Of a DNA stretch of 64,000 nucleotides, positions 60,533 to 64,000 are shown in pieces. How positions within the stretch are numbered: position 1 is the stretch's first letter; every line of letters starts with the position of its first letter. The position numbers and the translations under genes were made by a program. The stretch comes from Cyanophora paradoxa CCMP329. Its lineage: Eukaryota; Plantae; Glaucophyta. The notes beneath the pieces were generated by a model. That model was not told the DNA's origin, searched no databases, and saw only the letters and a program-made list of their open reading frames with translations. The stretch is taken from contig QPMI01000184.1 in assembly GCA_004431415.1 (NCBI GenBank), forward strand, positions 124,001 to 188,000, given 5' to 3'.

Positions 60533-63500
60533 CTATTCCAAAATCGATCGTAAACTGGCTGCACTACTTGGCATTAGAGGGCCCGCCTCAGCCTCAGGCT
60601 CGGCGGGGCCAGCCGCGGCCTCTGCCGCGGCAGCGGCCTCCTTCTCGGCGCTCTTCTGTACTTTCTTCCAAGGTTTCTGGATGCAAGAGCGGTTCTTGCA
60701 CGCGTCCCTCCCCGACTTCTTGTGGCACTTTGACGAGCAGATGATGTCTTCGTACTTGCAAATGCACTTCTTGTTCGTGCAGCCAGTCGTGCAGTTGCAG
60801 ATCTTGCTCGGCCTGTCGATTTCGATGGCGCACCAGTCAAAGAACGCTTTTCTGCCAGGCAAGACATGGCAGTCAGAGCGCTGAGAAAGAATGCTGGAGG
60901 AAGACGGACCTGAGGGTTACAGGTTCGGTGCTGGCGGCGGTGATGCTCTCGATGAGATGCTTGAACCCGGCAAAGCCGCCGGTCTCGCCTGGAGGGGCAG
61001 GATGCCGCATAGAGCACACTTCGTCGGCCTGGAAGAGGCGGGGCTGAGAGTCGTCATCGTTGCGCTGGACTATACCGGCAGCAGTCTTGAGGATGTACTT
61101 GTTGAAGCCCGTGCCGACCGCAGCAATGACCGCGTGCACCATTGCGGGCATGCGGGCCTCGTCCAGGGCACGCGGATCGCAGTCCTTCACGCTGATGGAT
61201 ACCAGCTGCGCGCCCAACGTGAGCTCCATTGTCGTGTCCAAATGGTGCTCAAAACCATACCCAAACGTGCCTCGCGGGGCACGTTTGAGTATGATTTGGG
61301 CACGTCGGAGCATGGGGTTTGGGCATGACAGAGACGCACGTCGCCGACTGCAAGGTTGGCGATCTCCCCGGCTCTCTTGCGGGCGAAGTCAATCATCCTG
61401 TTCCTGTACGCCGAGAGACGATCGTTCAGGACCCCTACGTAAGCCTTGTACTTCTCGTGCTCCTTCTGCGGGAACAATGTCAGTGCCGACAGCCATTAAC
61501 GTAAACAGGACATAGCGAACCATGAAAGCGATCGGCATCCCCTCGATGGTGCCACGACGGAAGCCGCCTTTGAGATGGCGCTCTGCGGAGTCCAAGTACT
61601 GCTCCGATTCCTTAGATTCCTCCTCCTCCATGTCCTTCACATACTTGTCCCAGAGGATCTGCTGCTTGTCGGTGGGCACCCAGCTGTCCCGGGCAGCTGC
61701 AGCCTCAACATCTTCGTCCGTGCCGACATCGACAGTGATTCCCGCATCCTGCACGACGGGCATGGGAGGGAGCAGCATCAAAGCGTTCAAGAAGGCCTAG
61801 GGAGGTGTGCACCTTCATGAGCTCCTGGAGCGTAGTGCCCTGCACGACCTCCCGCTCGTTGTAGACACGATCAGAGGAGGCGGGAGCCAGGTTTCCGAAT
61901 CGCTCGGACGGATCTCTGTTGAACATGACCTTGAAAGGCGTCTGCTTGTGCCCCTTGGTGAAGATGGATGTGTTCATCTGCCACTGGACCTGTGCCTGGG
62001 TTGGTTGCAGGGCGCGAGCATGTCGGCACGGTCATACCGGGCCCAGGGCGGACACCCAGTCTTTCGTTCCGTTGAAGAAGCAGTACGCAGTGACTCGGCG
62101 GCCGAGCGTCCGGTTCGCGCGCTCCACAGAACCTGCAAAACACGGTCATACCCGAACATGCTCAAACATGCTCGGCACGTGCTCAAAAAGATCGTTGGGC
62201 ACGATTGAGCATGATGTTGGGCATGTCGCGGGCATGACGCGGGCATGGCGGGGCATGGCGAACCTTGGTGCCAGGGACGGTAAGGCGCGCCGGTGATGAT
62301 CACTATCTTGCGCCCCGTCACTCGCTGCCATTGCTTGCACGTCGAGCGAACAACCTGCGTCCACTTTCAGCTGATATGACGGCCCTAGGCAGACGTCCAA
62401 ATGTACCCTGTTTACGAACTCGGACCCGTTGTCGTGATGCAGCACTTGTGGGACTCCCATCACCTGGAAAATCTCGACAAGAGCCTGTGCGACGCACCAG
62501 GCGGCCTTGAATTCCAGCGGCCTCAGGATGCTGAACCGAGAGAAGTGGTCCTGTAAATGCACCCATCATGATCAATGAACAGCCAGACAGATGGTGTTGA
62601 ACAGCGAACCCGGACGTGCAAGACGTATCTGTACCGGCGAGTCGGGTGATCGAACCACTCGACATCCTCGCAGTCGAGCCTGTCCATGGCCGCCGCTTCC
62701 TCGTCGGTCTCAGGGATCCTTGGCACTCGAATCGGGATGGGAAGCTTGCTGAAGTCCTTGAGGTCGATGACGACGCGAGACCAGGCGGACTTTGCGACGA
62801 TAGGCTTCATGCCCGCGAGCTTCGCAGCGAGCTCGACCGCCCTGTTGATGGCACAGTACGGGCAGCGCTGCGTACGGGTGTCAGTCTTGCTCAGGGTCCC
62901 CGCGCGGGCAGCTGCAGCGAGCACCTTGCAGAAGTACTCGACGAACTTGTCTTTGATGGCATAGACGCGCGAAACCTTGCCCTTGACGGTGTACGCAGCC
63001 TCGTGCGCCGCGTTATGGTACTCCTGCGCGCGCGTCGTCACGTCGTGCTCCGGGCACGGTTTGAGCACGATTGGGCACGATGTTTGGACACGTCCTTACC
63101 GACAGGATTTCGAAGACCTCGCGGGCGTCCTTCGGCAAGATACGCACTTGAGTAGGGGCCGTCGCCGCCACCGCTCCAGTGTTGTTCTTCTGGCGCTTCT
63201 TGGCCACCTGCACTTCCTGCATGACATACACCGCGGGTCCGTTCGGGTCGCGCGGGTTTGGCTGCTCGACTAGAACGTAGTTGCCGGTGCGGTTCTTGAT
63301 CCGCTGATCGTTACTCTTCTTGGCCCTCCCCTCCGCAGCCTTCTGGTTCTGCTCGTCGCTCTTGTTCGGATCCGCTGGCGCCTCCAGGTCCTTCCTCTGG
63401 ACGCGCGCACGCACGACTGGCTTCGACGCGTTCAGCCGCTTGATCGCCTCCTTGTCGTTCGCGTCCCCGGCTGCCTTCATGTCCCGCTCCCAGACCAGCG

Positions 63501-63984
63501 CGTTGTAGCGTTCCGTCTCGTCGAGTGCGCGCTCCGCGTTGGGATTCCCCTGCTCGTCCTGCATGTCCTTGTGCTTCCGGAATGGCGCTAATTCGTTGCA
63601 CGCCTTTATGAACTCTTCGTACGTCCAGCGCACGGTGTGCCGCGTGCTGGTCGTTTCCTCGCTGGGCGCTGCGCCGCCGTCCGAGCCGTCCGATTGCCGC
63701 TGGGTCGCAGCAGTTGGTGCCCTACGCTGCTCCGGAGGGACGACATACGCGCCAGGCGGCGGGCCAGCTGCTGCCGTGCTGTTCCCGCCACCATTGCTTG
63801 AACTGCTCGAAGGCCCCGCGCGTGCCTGCTGGAGCTGATCTAAGAGAGATCTAGCAAGATGCCCGCCAGGACAATGGCCGCGGTGGCCCTCCTTGTGATC
63901 GCAGTCGCAGCTCGAGAACGACGAGATCAGCTGCTCGATGTGGCAGGTACACTTGCGGCCGCACCACGCGCGACCCGCGAGCAC
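60533..63984 (-). CDS. Integrase-like transposase (HHCC zinc finger, rve DDE core, Cys-rich C-terminus), spliced, possibly 5'-partial
   Basis: EYHNAAH...CKRCPYC (H-H-C-C); RVVIDL (D1); DHFSRFSILRPL; GVPQVLHHDNGSEF (D2); GAPYRPWHQGSVERAN (E); MNTS...QTPFKVMFNR; LAVGDLV; C-terminal CNCTTGCTNKKCICKYEDIICSSKCH, typical of KRBA2/SCAND3-related transposases. Confidence 0.85.
61245..61303. repeat. Intronic imperfect inverted repeat (~27-bp arms) built from the element motif
   Basis: GTGCTCAAAACCATACCCAAACGTGCC ... GGCACGTTTGAGTATGATTTGGGCAC are near reverse complements. Confidence 0.8.
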
Positions 63985-64000
63985 AGCTGTCTGTAGCGCG

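Larger units (their letters stand above)
57380..64000 (-). mobile_element. Integrase-type DDE DNA transposon (Ginger/GingerRoot, KRBA2-SCAND3-like) with cargo gene; right end outside the window
   Basis: Spliced rve-type transposase, a drop in GC content relative to host genes, and an element-restricted GTGCCC/GGGCAC repeat from ~57380 onward. No RT, RNase H or gag seen. Termini and TSD not identified. Confidence 0.7.

Noticed and set aside
60533-63984. LTR retrotransposon or retroviral pol
   Set aside because: No RT, RNase H, protease or LTR in view, and the integrase gene has multiple introns.

Overview
GC-rich eukaryotic nuclear DNA with compact genes split by many short (~55-90 nt) spliceosomal introns, so the six-frame ORF track is mostly shadow ORFs. 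All gene models below were assembled by hand from exon fragments, and their ends are approximate. Plastid transit peptides starting MAF/MMAF/MQSAF and cyanobacterial-type PSII assembly motifs suggest a primary-plastid alga, probably a glaucophyte (Cyanophora-like); this is inference. About 19 host genes are supported: TraB-domain protein (partial), At4g00755-like protein, GT4 glycosyltransferase, NACHT/AAA-TPR protein, CWF19L2, a plastid-targeted hypothetical protein, a tail-anchored RING/TRAF-zinc-finger coiled-coil protein, a ~10 kb coiled-coil gene with a 138-bp tandem array, a CBM48-TreZ-like GH13 enzyme, two Psb34/HliA-motif paralogs, a PsaN-like protein, SENP8, a twin-arginine thylakoid microprotein, bacterial-type AlaA, RING-H2, a TDP2-like EEP, a small hypothetical protein, an F-box/tandem-BRCT protein and a PHTF-like multi-TM protein. 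The last ~6.6 kb is an integrase-type (Ginger/KRBA2-SCAND3-like) DDE transposon with a spliced transposase and a convergent cargo gene. The most striking observations are: (1) many of the element's introns and spacers are built from a GTGCCC/GGGCAC motif repeated at ~10-11 bp spacing and arranged as hairpins; (2) a ~8 kb neighbourhood holds four small thylakoid-protein genes, including HLIP/Psb34-like proteins lacking the chlorophyll-binding TM helix; (3) GC-AG introns are very frequent. Family assignments rest on remembered motifs, not database searches.
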